Origin: Strigamia acuminata
Lineage: Eukaryota
DNA length: 64,000 bases
Assembly (NCBI GenBank): GCA_949358305.1
Contig: OX442314.1
Span: 13,330,001 to 13,394,000 of the forward strand
Direction of reading: 5' to 3'
The first letter of the stretch is position 1. Every line of letters begins with the position of its first letter. The notes beneath the pieces were generated by a model. The model was not told where the DNA came from. It did no database searches and was given only the letters and a program-made list of their open reading frames with translations. The position numbers and the translations under genes are program-made. Shown piece after piece: positions 21,351 to 33,639 of the stretch.

Positions 21351-21829
21351 ACGCCGAGGATGGGGTGTGGTGTATCTTGATAGCACAAAGTTGAATTTAA
21401 CCTTCGCCCAGACCGAGACCGGATGAACTCATGCGCCGTTCAGTCCAATCCCAAGCACAGGCGGTAAATATATTATTTATATTCAAAATTTGATTTAAAA
21501 ATTAAAATAATTTGTTTATTTAATCACAAGCCATCTCACAAATCTCTTCCTCAATAAAATACAAGCGATAAGGATTACGTCTGAAAATAAAAAATAAAAT
21601 TCCATTCGCTTCGGAGTTCAGTTCAAGATTGAGGATGGACGAAACCCGAGCTGTTTTTACGTGTCATTAAAAAAGCAAACATTCAAAAATAAACAAAATC
21701 GATGCTGTGAAAAGCTCAGTGAAGCTTTAAAAATTGTTGTCTTATTTTTGCAACAGAGAGCAGCAACTCACAGTCTCTATTTTAAGGTCAAGTTTCCTAT
21801 CGGAAAAATGACGTCATTATTTGACAACC

Positions 21830-23233
21830 ATGGAGGCGTTAAGTGTTGACGGTTTGCAGCATTTTTTTGACGAACATTGGTCTTCATTCAAATTAGTAGT
21901 CGCTGCTGTTAGTGAGTATTACATAAACTTCTTAATCAAAAGGATTGATTTTCATTACTGTTTACAGCTGTCATAGTCGTACCAATTGTGATAAGGAAAT
22001 GGCTAAACGGCGGCTGGTGTTACAGCACAGTTAAGTTATCTGGGAAAACCGTGATAATCACTGGCGCTAACACAGGAATAGGGAAAGAAACGGCGCGAGA
22101 CTTATTTCGACGAGGTCGAGTTAACTTCAATGCCAGAACAAAACAGAGAACCCATAATGAATTCTGTTTGCTGCAGGTGCACGAGTTATTTTAGCATGTC
22201 GAGATTTGGATAAAGCGGTTCGAGCTGCACGAGAGATTGAATCGACGAGTCCAAACGCACAAGGTCAAGTGCTAGTACGTCACCTTGACCTCGCAAGCCT
22301 CGACTCTGTTTATGAGTTTGCTAAAGATGTCCTAAGTGAAGAGGCTAGAATCGATATTTTAATCAACAACGCAGGTACGGCAGACAATTCGGATGAAATA
22401 AGTGAAATCAAAATCGAAAAAACTATATTTTTGGTTTTTCAGGTGTTTTGTCGAGCCAAACTAAAACGATTGATGGTTTTGATATGACTTTTGGTACAAA
22501 TCATCTCGGCCATTTCCTACTCACAAATTTATTGCTGGATAAAATCAAGAATAATTAACGTATCATCTATATTACACAAATGCAATTAAATTTCAAATCG
22601 GAAAAAGGCCGTTCAAATTTCTAACAGAATTTCTTATTAATAATCAGGTGGGGAAATGCATTGGGATGATTTAAATTTGACCGGAAAAGGAGTCTACTCA
22701 GCACACAGAGCGTATAATCAAAGTAAATTGGCTAATATTTTGTTTACTAAAGAGTTAGCGAGCAGATTAGCAGGTAGAGTATGAAAATAGTGTTTAAATT
22801 TGTTTGTTAATTTATTGATTACGTCAGGTACTGGTGTCACTGTATATTCTTTGCATCCTGGGGCTGTTGGTACTGAAATTGGGCGATATACGCATGAATT
22901 TTGGCCCAGGATTTTGTGTGCTGCTGTTGCGGTGCTCGGACCACTGTACAAAAAGTCACCGGTGCAGGGTGCGCAAACAACAATTCATTGTGCCGTTTCA
23001 GAAAACGCAACAAATGAAACTGGATTATATTACAGGTAAAGTAAATTAACATTAAATTTAATCAAACGTGTATTCAAACTTGTGTTCTTTTTAGTGATTG
23101 CGCTGTAAAGAAGCCTAGTAAATTGGCCATGAACGAAAAAGACGCCAAAAAATTATGGAAAATGAGTGCAGAAATGGTCAAATTAGATATCACACTCAGT
23201 AAATTGGATAATGCAATGAAAAAAAATAAATAA
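21830..23233 (+). pseudogene. RDH11/12/13-like SDR, copy 1; frameshifted in exon 4
   Basis: 7-exon layout with [12 protein letters not shown] and YNQSK. A 17-nt deletion near 22547 ([12 protein letters not shown] becomes KIKNN*) creates a stop. The intron-4 donor is GC. Confidence 0.75.
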
Positions 23234-24179
23234 AAGAAAAATATTTTTCACAAGAATTTAAACCCGGATAATTATTTAATTGCATCTTGGAACACTAAAA
23301 TACTAGTACATCAAAAAAATTAAAAGAACTTGTTTATCTAAATTATACGGACAAAATTGTCTCAATGTTTGGCACATTTGGTTTCTGGGCCCTGTTAACA
23401 CTGCTTAAATGTAACGCATTCGTCCGGTCATCCAAATGCTCGCTACTCTCACAAGTCAGTTTAACCCGAACAAACCATTCCAAAAATGGTTTTCTATTTT
23501 CCAATTTTATACGAACAGCAGGTTTTTCCCTTCTTTCTTCTTTTAATTTTTTTTTTAGCTTTTCTCTTCCAGAAGCATCAATTCCGAGCAAAAATTCACA
23601 CTAATAACTCGTCCTTTTCTGAGCAGGGCAGCGCTGTCTTTACCAGGGCGTGATCTAGTCTTTAGACGACCCTAGGTCATCCCTTTCGATCTATTTCAAC
23701 CTTTAAGCAAACCAAATTTAACTCGTGTAACTTCTCACAAAAGCAAATAGTATTTTGTATCATTAATTTGTTTATAAAACCCAGGAATACATTATTTTCG
23801 TTTATTTGGTGCCATTTTATTTTTAATAAGGGCACGAAATATCAAGGTCAGTGGGGTACTTTTCCGCATGGCCAGGTGTTTAAATTGCAGTTTGCAATAC
23901 TTAAAATATCCAAACTCGACCTCGTACGAGTAGAATTTAGTGTTTCAATTTAGCATAGCTTTTCTGGAAAAGTGGTTTGTTAACTTGTTCAGTTTTCCAG
24001 AGAATAAAAATTCAGATCTTTATTTATCTAGAAAACATGGCACATTTAAACTTGGTAATGAATAAATGATTGTAAATGACTGTAAAATGTCGTATAAAAT
24101 ACATTCTTATAATGTTTATTTTATTTGCTTGTGCTGATTATTTTATTGGCTTGTAATGATTATATTATTGGCTTATAAT

Positions 24180-24637
24180 AGGCGCGTTCAATCTTAAATG
24201 GATTTCGCTGATTTTACTGATTTTCTTGATTTCGGGAGTCCGGAAGTGACGGTTTGAAAATGAAATTAGATTTCAGATAATCCGATTTTGGGAAAACTAC
24301 GTTTAGGGTCGCTTTCTTTGATTTCCTTGATTTCCAAGTTGATTTTCAGCCATCTTGAATTGCACGATCAGAGCAGTTATTTTTGTTTGCAATTTAATAA
24401 TTACAATTGAGAAAATTGCAATTGCAATTGCAATTGAAAAAATCATGATATATCAGCCGTGTTTGAGCTCTCGAACAGGGCCGACTGTGTTTAAATGTCT
24501 CGCATTTCAAACAGGAAGTTGATCCAACAGTTCACATTGCGCATGTGCAGCAGTTAGATGTCGTTCAAAGTTGAAATCCGAAATCTGAAAATCAAGAAAA
24601 TCACGATTTCGGAAATCCATTAAGATTGAAAGCACCT
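24180..24637. mobile_element. MITE with about 25-bp TIRs and a 3-bp AAT duplication (PIF/Harbinger-like)
   Basis: aggcgcgttcaatcttaaatggatttc ... gaaatccattaagattgaaagcacct. Removing it with one AAT restores the local repeat unit ggcttataatgattat. Confidence 0.7.
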
Positions 24638-24890
24638 AATGATTATATAATTGGCCTATAATGATTATATAATTGGCTTGTCATGATTAAAAAATTGACT
24701 CATAATGATTATCTAATTGGCTTACAGAATATAATGATTATCTAATTGGCTTACAGAATATAATGATTATCTAATTGGCTTACGGAATATAATGATTATC
24801 TAATTGGCTTACAGAATATAATGATTATCTAATTGGCTTACAGAATGTAATGATTATCTAATTGGCTTATAATGATTATATTATTGATTA
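24638..24890. repeat. Minisatellite of 29-bp units (aatgattatctaattggcttacagaatat) and related 21-bp units, just 3' of copy B
   Basis: Period 29 from about 24704 to 24870. Only 2-3 short units are present at the paralogous site 32150-32200. Confidence 0.85.
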
Positions 24891-24938
24891 CAAATGAATT
24901 TAATCGAATATTTAATCTTGGTCAGTTTCCTGTTATTC

Positions 24939-27900
24939 TCATTGATATTTCCCAGGGATTCCCCCTGGTGGTCTCGGAGCATTCCAGCAATAATGCCTCC
25001 CACCAGTCTGTCCACTCTCACTTTTACCTTCTAGAACGTGTTTTCTGTTTTTGTGTGTAGATTTTCCTTTCCGTCTCAAATCAGTGAAGTATTTACCGGA
25101 CTTAACATCACGAACTCCCTCTCTCATTGGATGATAATGCCACCCAGATTTCTCACTCCACTGGCGCAACGGTTCAAGACCACCACCTGCCCTTTTTGCT
25201 GCTTCGTACGCTTCTTTTCTCGAATTAAACATTAGCTTGTGTATTTTGGGCTTCCCGCATGGTCCCGCACCTCTCGTAGTAACTTTACCCTCCGTCGTGG
25301 CGTTGCCAGATGTATTTTGCTTAGAATTCTTGCGATTTCGGTCGTCGTCACCACCACCCGAATTAGATCTGAAATTATTCGACGATTTTCCACTAAACGA
25401 TTTATTTGCGACCGTGCTAGCCCTGTTATTGATTTCGGATTTAATTTTTCTAGAGTCAAAATGACCCGCTTTGCCGTTCAGGGTTCTGACTTCCGACGAA
25501 TTGAACGCATTCGGGTTGCCTTTTCTACCGCCTACCGTATGCGCTTTCATTTTGAGATTCATGGAAACTCCACCGTACACTCGTTTTGGAAAACTGCGAT
25601 AAAAAGCGGACGGAACCCAAACGCACTCGTTACCATTTGGATCGTTCATTTCGCAGTTTTTTTCAAGATCGTTGAAATTAAGTCCAAACCGATTGCAATA
25701 ATTGCCAAAACGACTCAGCTTTTCTTTCTGTCTCGTTTCCAGGACAGTGCGAACGTGCTGTGCTATTGATTCAGTGTTTCCACGTCTCAAGAAACTGGAA
25801 ACTAAAGAAATGAAGTTTGAATCCATTGGGACATCAAGAGCTTTTGCTAATTTTGAAGCTACGGCATTGACATTTTCTTCGGTTACATCGTATTCCCTAA
25901 CTTGGGAGTATATGTCGTACAATAAGGACTGAATTGGTGTAATATCAACACGAAACTCCTTCTTGGCATCTTCTAAATTGTTGTAAACTTGACTTAATAT
26001 CTTGCAAACAGCCTGTAGTTTATATAATTCTCGTAATCGCAATAAAACACGATAATATCGACCGATGGATGTGTAAGCGCTTGTCAAATCATCTGCGAAT
26101 TCCTTCTCTGCATCGTTTTCGGTACTACATTGAAAATCAGAATCATCTTCATAATCATCATCATCAAAAGAATCAGAATCAGAATCGTAAGAATCATCTG
26201 ATTCAGTTCCGTCACTATCACAATTACAACCGGCGTCATCGTCATCGATTAATTCCCCCTAAAAAGAAGTAATAAATCGAGTTTACATCATTATTATTTT
26301 TATTGAGAATAATAATTACCTCGGAATTATACTTCAATAAATGTGATTTAACCGTCATAGGACACTTTCCAAACAAGTAAAGTAGTTTATCGCTATCAGT
26401 ACGGCTGGTGTCATACGTCAATTCTCCGCATTCGATCCAGAATCGATGAGCGGCTCCAATTTTCGATCCGTTCTCACGTTCTGAAGTGGGTAGAACAAAC
26501 TCTCTCAAACGCTCAGGAAGCGCCGTAACCAGCTTGTCGGCAGTCGGTCGAAATGCGAACGGAAATTTAGCCGAAATTTCAACACCAGTCGAGAGATACT
26601 TGAGCAGCATGTCCGCGTGAAGCTGAGTCGCTAAAAAATTCGAATTATAAGTATTCTTTGGTAAGAATCGCATTTCTTGAAAAGGATGCGACTGCATGTC
26701 AAAATCCGCTTGGTTTAATGTAAAGAAACTGGACGTGATGCCCATGTGCAACACTTCCAACACATCTGCCATGTTGAAAAGCCCCGTATGCTCCATTTCG
26801 TTCGTGCTCTTGAACACACCTGGTCGCGGTGTAGGTGTCATGATTAAATGAAACGAACCTTCTTCCAAATCGACGCACACACCATCTATGGAATCAAAGT
26901 TCTCGCCAGTGAGATTCAAGCAAGGACGACAGGGATTCAAAAAGCCTTCCTCGTCACGATTCAACATATTCCATTGCATCAGTGACTGAATTTGGTTGAC
27001 ATTCCAAGCAGAATGTTGTTGTAACAAAGATGTTAACGCCGATTGACGGTATTGTTCAAACTTCGTCCCACCGTCGGAGACAGGAAGACATTTCCAAGCC
27101 AATTCGAGCAATTCGTATTTATATTGATGAGATCGTGGATGATCAACAGCATTTTTGTTAAAATATACCTCCAGGAATTCGGTACCAACTGCATCCAGAT
27201 ATATAAAATCGGTGGTGAGAGTCATCTGAATGTTCGCAAATGGAGTTACTTTGACGAGACGTGTCAAACTTCGACTTAACGTTTCAGCCAACGCCACATC
27301 TGCATTTTCCAACACCGGCTTGTTTCCTAAAACGGACCAAACAATAAATTATATGCATAACTGGTTTCAAATTTTAAAATTACCGTTCTGCAAATTTAAT
27401 TGACCGCTCGCTATTAATGCTGCTCGAAAGAGATCATTTGAGAGTCTGGAAAGAGTGAAACTCAATTTGACAAAATACAATTCCGTCATAGGATGTTCGT
27501 GTGTCCTGGCCTTAGCTGCAGTCATAAAGCACAAGTCGCGAATTGCATTTCTCAATGCGTACATCATTGACAGCGGGACTCGATTAGCGTCCAACAGCTC
27601 CACTTGTTTATTAGACCGCTGCTCGCTTACAAATTCAAACTGCTTCATCTCACGTAAGAAGAAAGACGAAGCGAGCACGAAATTCGAGCACAACATGCTC
27701 GTGTCAAACGAAGCCATGCAGAAATCAATGTAAAGTAACGCTGCAGTCATGTTACTATGTCTGCCACTGTGCACCGCTCTTTCGTACTTCATAGCTGAGC
27801 GTATATTGGCATTGGATGTAAGGCGATCGCAATATTGATGACTAACGGGAATGGGTAGATCGTTTACATTGAGTTGTTCCGCGAGGCCAGCAATCATGGC

Positions 27901-29323
27901 ATTGATGTGATTAATGCCAAGCAGGGAAGAGACAGAAGAGTGCACTTCGTCAGTTGGTAACAAAATCACAGCGTCTTGGTATGCTTGCAGTGATGCTTCA
28001 TAATTCTTTTCACGTTCCAAGTAATAGCCTTTAAATACGAGTAGTGAAGCTTGATAACGAAGTGGCAATTGAGTTATATCTCTTCCCGTTGATAATTCTT
28101 CGTATAGCTGCTTTAATAAGATACTTCCACGCTCGACAAGTCTGTGCGATATTTTCTTCAGAAACCCATCTTTGTTTGCACAAAACTCGTACATCCAATC
28201 GCGTAAAACTTGCAACGTCTGCAAAATATCATTAAACATTAAATCCGTAAGCGACTACAATCGTCTTGAGCTTTCTTACCTCATTTTCTAAATGTTCCTT
28301 ACTCTCTTTGTAAAAGCTTACTATGTCTGTGTCTAGACTGCAATTGGGGAAATTTCTTTCCACAGCGTTGCCTGCTCCAACAACTTCATTATACATCTTA
28401 TCTTGATGCAATAATATGATCATTAAAGTGTAAACCCATGGAGTTGGATGATTAAGCTTACACTTGACCGCTGCTGTACGAATGGCCTCGGCTATATTTC
28501 TGACTTCGGAAACATCGTTTAATGTCGCAGCAGTCAACATATATAGAACGGTTTCATCCGATGGATCTTTCTTGTACAGAGCAATGAAATACAGTTTGGC
28601 CACGTCATATTTTTTAATTCGATATAACTCTTCAGCTCGACTCTTTAACACGTGCGTCTTAGCACTGATGACGTACCACGATAAGGCCTCTAAGTACCGG
28701 CCTGCGTTGAAATGTTTGTCACCTTCATTAGATCTGTCGTGTGACCAACCCCACAGTTTGTCGGTCAATGACACTTTGGCTTCGTCGAGTTGCCAGTCAG
28801 TAGAAAATGCAGTGACCAATTTGGTACGTAAATCTTCTTTTTCGTACTGTTTCAAGTGTTTGTTGTACTGAGTCTCGTAAAACGACAATTTCTCTTCGCG
28901 TTGAAAATCGTTCGCAATCTTCTGCAAATCCTGGCTTGCTCGTCCGATTTGTTGTAAAGCGTCGTTGTATATTTTGCCCTTATTAAAGTTATCAATAAAT
29001 GTCAAATTAGAAAACTCGTTACTCCACTCTTGTAGTCGCAGTTTAAAACTTTCCGACAATTTTTCGCCGATGTTTAAAGCCATGAAAATCGTACTAATGT
29101 CTTCTTCCGGTTCGTACTCATCGTCATACTTCGCTCTTTGTTCCGGATCGAGTAAAACTGTTTTAGCTTTGTTTAAATTTTTCATCCATTCTTCAGTTCC
29201 ACCCTCTCTGTCCGGATGAGCCATTAACGCCCTTAGCCGCCATGCCCTCTGAATTTCAGCTGCTGTAGCGCCCCTTTGAACGCCAAGCAGATTGTACAAG
29301 TCAACATCAATAGCTTCAGCCAT
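24939..29323 (-). CDS. Long J-domain multidomain protein, copy B, about 1401 aa (J, TPR-like, helical, conserved core, linker, His-rich tip)
   Basis: Exons 28280-29323, 27384-28218, 26320-27326 and 24939-26258 are in frame with GT-AG introns. MAHPDREGG J-domain motif; EGDKHFNAGRYLEALSWY is TPR-like. Confidence 0.87.
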
Positions 29324-29664
29324 TTTGTGTAGTCTATCGAATACAAATGATAAATCAATTTATGACACATGTGATACAAATTTTATGTGGCCAAGATTAA
29401 AAGCAAATTCAGAATTGACAACTTCATCCAGTTTAATTGCAAAAATGTACTTTTTATAGGCAAAAATAAATAAATAAATAAATAAGTAATGCATTTTTGG
29501 ACAAGAATTATGTTAAAACCGAGTGAAAATGCTGAAAATAGTTTGAAATCGTGGAAAACAATAGATATTATAATAGCTATTATAAAATTTAAATTACACC
29601 AGCCAAAAATAAATTGTCAAAACGCCCAATGTCTAACGCCGAACGCCTTGAATATTGGGCGTTA

Positions 29665-30060
29665 GGGGCCGTCCATAAATTACGTAACGCCTGGAGGGGG
29701 GGGGGGGAGGGGGTTTCAAATTTTGTTACGGGTTGTTACGACGGGGAGGGGGGGGGGGGAGGTTCTTAATTATGTTACGTAACAAATTTTTTTTTAGCAT
29801 TTTTGAAAAATTTTGAAATTTTTTGAAATTTTTTTGAAATTTTTGTAAAAAATTTTAAATTTGTGTAAAAAATTTTAAATTTGTGTAAAATTTTGTATTA
29901 TAAGCTTGTATCAATTTTTTTTTTTAGGGGGGGGGGGGTAATGAGTTTTGTTACGTAATATTCTAGGGGGGGTTTGTGGATTTGTTACGACCTTGTTACA
30001 AGGGGGGGGAGGGGGTCTAAAAATCGTAAAATCAGCGTTACGTAATTTATGGAAGGCCCC
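29665..30060. mobile_element. PIF/Harbinger-type MITE, 396 bp, TTA TSD, nested in an (AACGCC)-rich repeat
   Basis: 26-bp TIR ggggccgtccataaattacgtaacgc / gcgttacgtaatttatggaaggcccc. TTA at 29662-29664 and 30061-30063. Confidence 0.88.
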
Positions 30061-30289
30061 TTAGGCGTTGGATAGGCGCAAATCTCCCAACGCCTAACCC
30101 CTAACATTTAGCCCCAAACTGTCCAACGCCCTACGCCCAACGCCCTACGCCCAACGCCTATGCCGAACATTTAGCCCATCCCCTATATGATATGGTAAGT
30201 TACTTGCCTATGTCTAGCCGGACCGGATAAGTGTCAGGAGATGATTTTATCACGAGGCTGAACCAAGAGTATTTATAACTTTGATCACA

Positions 30290-30321
30290 TCACGTGAAAG
30301 TTAGTATTGGGGAAGTCCCCA
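30290..30321. promoter_or_regulatory. E-box (TCACGTGA) plus kappaB-like site (GGGGAAGTCCCC) upstream of copy B
   Basis: Motifs at 30290-30297 and 30309-30320. Confidence 0.55.
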
Positions 30322-30869
30322 CTTATCTATTTATAAAAAAAAGCCAAGATTTTTTTTTAAAAAATCTGTGTCGTAACAACCACCATTCATCAGACCTTGA
30401 AACCTTTGGGTTTTATTTATGACATTAAAAATATTATTTCTTTCAGCATTTCTGTCAGCATTAAACTTGTAACCGTGATAACTGTTACGTAATGCCAGTT
30501 GACAAATGCCATACTTTTAGTTCGAGTCTCGTATCAAACAAATGACGTCAGCATTTGTGACAATCATGTACGCGTTAAATTTTGCCAGTGCAAATAAAGA
30601 GCAGCTGTTTGCAAGTTTTTAATGTTTAATTCAAGGTTCGTCTCAAACAAATGACATCGTCATTTGTGACTATCAAGGACTATTTTCAACAATGTTTAGA
30701 AGAACATTGATTGATTTTCATTCAAATTATTAATCGCTGCTATTAGTGAGCATTAACCTTTAAGTTGATAACTCTGTTTTGCAATAGAGAGCAGCAGTTG
30801 ACAAGTACGTATCTAATTTTTACTCCCAAGTTTCATATCAAATAAGTGACATCATCATTTGTGACAATC

Positions 30870-31465
30870 ATGGAGGCGTGAAGTTTTGACTGTCTTCAAC
30901 AATTTTTAGAAGAACACTGGTCTTTATTCAAATTAATATTCGCTGCTGTTAGTGAGTCTTTCATAAATTACTTAATCAAAATGATTGAGGTTCATTTCTG
31001 TTCGCAAGTGTCATAGTCATTCCAATTGTGCTCAAGAAATGTCTAAATGGCGGTTGGGGGAACAGCACTCTTCAGTTATCTGGGGAAACCGTGATCGTTA
31101 CTGGAATGGGGAAAGAAACGGCCTGAGATTTATTTCGTCAAGGTCGAGTTAACTTCAACTCAGGTGCATGTCGACGAGTCCAAAGTCACAAGGTAAATTG
31201 CTTGTTCGTCACCTTGACCTCACGAGCCTTGACTCTGTTTCTGAGTTTGCTAAAAATATCCCTATTTGTCCAAGGATATCCTAACTGAAGAGGCTAGAGT
31301 CGACATTTTAATCAACAATGCAGGTATTGCAGACAATTCGAGTGTAATAAATATTGATAATGCAAAATCTTGAAAACTTTATTTTTGATTTTACAGGTGT
31401 TGCGACGAACCAACATAAAACGATTGATGGTTTTTTTGATGGTTTTTGCAACAAATTATCTCCGG
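30870..31465 (+). pseudogene. RDH-like SDR, copy 2; deleted and truncated pseudogene
   Basis: Exons 1-4 are recognisable. The TGANTGIG motif is partly deleted, there is an in-frame TGA (acggcctga), and the gene breaks off in exon 4. Extra partial exon-1 copies lie at about 30540-30760. Confidence 0.85.
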
Positions 31466-32249
31466 TCAGGAAATGCGCACAACTTTCACTTGTCAGTTTA
31501 ACCCGAACAGACCATTCAAAAAATGGTTTTATTTTCCAATTGTATACGAATAGCAGCAGGTTTTTCCCTTCTTTCTTCTTTTAATTTTTTTTTCAGCAAT
31601 TCTCTCCCAGAAGCATCAATTCCGAGCAAAAATTCACACTAATAACTCGTCTTTTTCTGAGCCGGGCAGCGCCGTCTTTACCAGGGCGTGATCTAGTCTT
31701 TAGACGACCCTAGGTCATCCCTGTCGATCTATTTCAACCCCTAAACAAACCAAATTTAACTCGTGTAACTTCTCCCAAAAGCAAATAGTATTTTGTATCA
31801 TTAATTTGTTTATAAAACCCAGGAATACATTATTTTCGTTTATTTGGTGCCATTTTATTTTTAATAAGGGCACGAAATATCAAGGTCAGTGGGGTTCTTT
31901 TCCGCATGCCCAGGTGTTTAAATTGCAGTTTGCAATACGTAAAATACCCAAACTCGACCTCGTACAACTAGAATTTAGTGTTTCAATTTAGCATAGCTTT
32001 TATGGAAAAGTGGTTTGTTTACTTGTTCAGTTTTCCAGAGAAGCAAAATTCAGATCTTAGAAAACATGGCACATTTAAACTTGGTAATGACTGTAAATTT
32101 ATTGTCCAAAAGGAGTAAAATGTCGTATAAAATACATTGTGTCATTGACTTATAATGATTATATAATTGGCTTATAATGATTATATTATTGATTATAAAT
32201 GAATTTAATCGGATGTTTCATCTTGTTCAGTGTCCTTCGGTTTCCTCCA

Positions 32250-33608
32250 TTAATAGTTCCCTTTGTATCCCCCTGGTGGTCTCGGAGCATTCCAGCAATA
32301 ATGCCTCCCACCAGTCTGTCCACCATCGCTTTTGCCTTCTATAACGTGCTGTCTATTTTTGTGCATAGATATTCCTTTCCGTCTCAAATCAGTGAAGTAT
32401 TTACCGGACTTAACATCACGAACTCCATTTCGCACTGGATGATAATGCCACCCAGAATCCTCATCCCAATGACGCAACGGTTCAAGACCACTACTTGCCC
32501 TTTTCGCCGCTTCGTACGCTTCTTTTCTCGATTTAAACGTTTGCGAGTGTATTTTGGGCTTCCCGCAAGGTCCCGCACCTCTCGTAGTAACTTTACCCTC
32601 CTTCGTGGCGTTGCTGGATTTATTTTGCTTAGAATTCTTGCGATTTCGGTCGTCGTCATCCCCACCCGAATTAGATCTGAAATTATTCGACGATTTTCCA
32701 CTAAACGATTTATTCGCGACCGTGCTCGCTCTGTCGTTGATTTGGGATTTGATTTTTCTGGAATCGAAATAGCCCGCTTTGCCATTTAGAGATCTTATGT
32801 TCGACGAATTAAACGCATTCGGGTTGCCTTTTTCGCCATTTACAGTATGCGCCTTCATTTTAAGATTCATGGAAACTCCACCGTACACTCGTTTTGGAAA
32901 ATTGCGATAAAAAGCGGATGGAACCCAAACGCACTCGTTACCATTTGGATCGTTCATTTCGCAGTTTTTTTCAAGATCGTTGAAATTAATTCCAAACCGA
33001 TTGCAATAATTGCCAAAACGACTCAGCTTTTTCTTCTGTCTCGTTTCCAGGACAGTGCGAACGTGCTCTGCTATCTCTTCAGTGTTTCCAAGTCTCAAGC
33101 AGTCGGAAACTAAAGAAATGAAGTGTGAACCCTTTGGGACATCAAAAGCTTCTGCTAATTTTGAAGCTACATCATTGACATTCTCTTCGGTTAAATCGTA
33201 TCCCCTAACTTCGGCGTATAATTCGGACAATGAGGACTGTATTGGTGCGACATCAACACAAACCTTCTTCTTGGCATCTTCCAAACCGTTGTATATTTGA
33301 CTTAATATTTTGCAAACAGCCTGTAGTTTGTATAATTCTCGTAATCGCAACAAAACACGATAATATCGACCGATGGAAGTGTAAGCGCGTGTCATACCAT
33401 CCGAAAATTCCTTCTCCGGATCACTTTCGGTACTACATTGAAAATCAGAAACCTCCTCTTCGTAATTATAAGAAAACATCTCGTCGTCACAATCATCCGA
33501 TTCAGTTCCGTCACTATCAAAATGACTATCAGCAGCGTCGTCATCGATTAATTCCCCCTAACAAAATCAATCGAGTTAAAAATTAATTACCGTACTGTTA
33601 TTATTGAT

Positions 33609-33639
<31 letters not shown>

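Noticed and set aside
21395..21465. Possible tRNA or SINE in the A/SDR1 spacer
   Set aside because: No convincing A/B boxes or cloverleaf.
24939..25255. True polymorphic-toxin tip swapping with orphan tip or immunity cassettes
   Set aside because: All three tips are homologous, and I found no orphan tips or adjacent small immunity ORFs.
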